From contig NW_025767606.1 in the NCBI RefSeq assembly GCF_003918875.1, forward strand, positions 124,001 through 188,000: a DNA stretch of 64,000 nucleotides. Direction: 5' to 3'. The notes beneath the pieces were generated by a model. The model was not told the DNA's origin and ran no database searches. It worked only from the letters and a program-made list of their open reading frames with translations. Both the position numbers and the translations under genes were made by a program. Positions 62,565 to 64,000 of this stretch are shown piece after piece; position 1 is the first letter of the stretch, and the number at the start of each line of letters is the position of its first letter. This DNA comes from Haliotis rubra (Eukaryota).

Positions 62565-64000
62565 ATGAAGATATGGGGGGGTTTGTTCAGCAGTTGTATG
62601 TTTGATGTTGGTGTCAAGAACAGGTAGGTTTTGTTTTGTACTCAGCCCTGTATTACTGTTACAATGTGGGCGGTGAGGTAGGCCAGTGGCTAAAGCGTTC
62701 TCTCGTTAGGACCCGGGTTAATTCCCCAAGAGATATAATGTTAGACGTCTAGTTGTAGCGTCCGCTGCCTTGACATTGCTAATTGTCTACCTGAAAGCTG
62801 CCTAAAACCATACTCCCCATCTCAGTCATATGAAGACACACGACACCCATAGATGTAGTATTGTCACCATTTACCAAAACTACTTTCAATTTGTAATGTT
62901 AGACAAAATATATCTACTTTTCTGGTCACAGGTGATACGTATACGAAATAACTTGAACTGAATATGGAATGTGAGGTTATTATAAATAGAACGTAGTTGT
63001 TATTCCTACGTAAAATATCCCTCACAATTAAGACCTTCAAGTAAGTTTCACTACTTGGAAGGCTGTATAAAACTCTTTCCGTAGTTCCACACATATTCAC
63101 GTGTGAGAACCCTTGTCATGATTTTGCTTTCTGCGGTTTCTCGATGTAAGAAAATAAATCACTTCTGTGTTTATTATAGTTAAATTGTCAAGGTAACAAT
63201 TATTGTAGCTCACATGTTTTATGATAATGCTTGCAAGTTCATTATATGCACAGAAATCTCATTTCATATTACTGACGTTATAATTCCGAGCTTTCGGAGA
63301 TGTGATGATCAAGTATAGTTACGCTGAATGCTGAGATTTCGCTTCGTCATCCTAGAGTTGTTTCAATTCTATTCACAGATTCCTGTAATGTGGAAATCGT
63401 TTCATCGAGAACACCGACTAATGTCACTTCTCCTGGGTATCCTTTTATGGCCTACCCGAAGTAAGACACCAAGTGCAGTGAGACTATGACTTATGGAACC
63501 AGCAGATTTGACAACGAATGCCCCAAAACGTGTCATATTTATTTTATCAATGTCATCGGGGTAAACGATGATGGGCCAGCTGTTAACGATGGTGCAATTC
63601 GCTCCACAGTATTTCGTACCTTAGTCAATTCAGGATCTGCTAATCGCTCGCTCGTATCTGAGACTCGTATTGATTGTTACCTTTGATTTACCAACACAAT
63701 GTCCATATTAAGTTGATACGCAGTGTTTCGACTACACGCTTTTCAAAACAGCAAAATAGGTAGCTAGGTTCACTGGTTGTTCAGTAATACTTTCATGTAG
63801 CTCAGAGGAATTGGAATGATTGGCAGGACTTAAGAGACAGGCTTCAAACACGGCTATATATCCTGAAGTATATAATTATGCATGCATACATTGCACATAA
63901 CATAAACATGTTGGACACAGTTGTGCTTGTGTGAATATTGCTAATGTGTGTATGTTTTTGCAGTAATCTCCACTGCTGGTGGAGGATTGATGCCAGTGAT
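62565..64000 (+). CDS. CUB-domain gene D, 5' part (paralog of gene C); continues beyond right edge
   Basis: Signal exon 62565-62623 reads MKIWGVCSAVVCLMLVSRT if one G of a G7 run is removed. Exon 63379-63460 SCNVEIVSSRTPTNVTSPGYPFMAYP; exon from 63964 NLHCWWRIDASD. Confidence 0.82.
63379..63460 (+). CDS. gene D exon 2 (CUB1a)
   Basis: 82 nt, same length and phase as gene C exon 2. Confidence 0.88.

Overview
AT-rich, intron-rich animal genomic DNA with three assembly gaps. A mollusc, abalone-like, is inferred from the SINE families only. The host content is a cluster of four paralogous CUB-domain genes, rebuilt by hand from GT-AG exons. Gene B (- strand) runs off the left edge. Gene A (-, 11 exons, ~494 aa) is signal-3xCUB-TM-PPxY tail. 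Gene C (+, 20 exons) is signal-6xCUB-TM-2xPPxY, with a frameshift in the TM exon. Gene D (+) runs off the right edge. Each CUB domain is a symmetric phase-1 three-exon module. Gene A looks like a B-type leader joined to the CUB4-6/TM half of a C-like gene. Mobile elements include a decayed Ngaro/DIRS tyrosine-recombinase retrotransposon with an SGNH-hydrolase ORF, a Tc1 deletion derivative, Kolobok and Harbinger-type MITEs, LINE fragments and several SINE families. The most striking non-coding signal is an RNA-structure toolkit shared by retroelements. An I/Nimb-type LINE and a 0.9-kb derivative both begin exactly at a minimal HDV-like ribozyme. A tRNA-less SINE family begins with a covarying pseudoknot. 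Three SINE families share the LINE's 3' stem-loop. Penelope-type minimal hammerheads carry a U3-A8 core variant. All coordinates were read by eye; no searches or folding were run.
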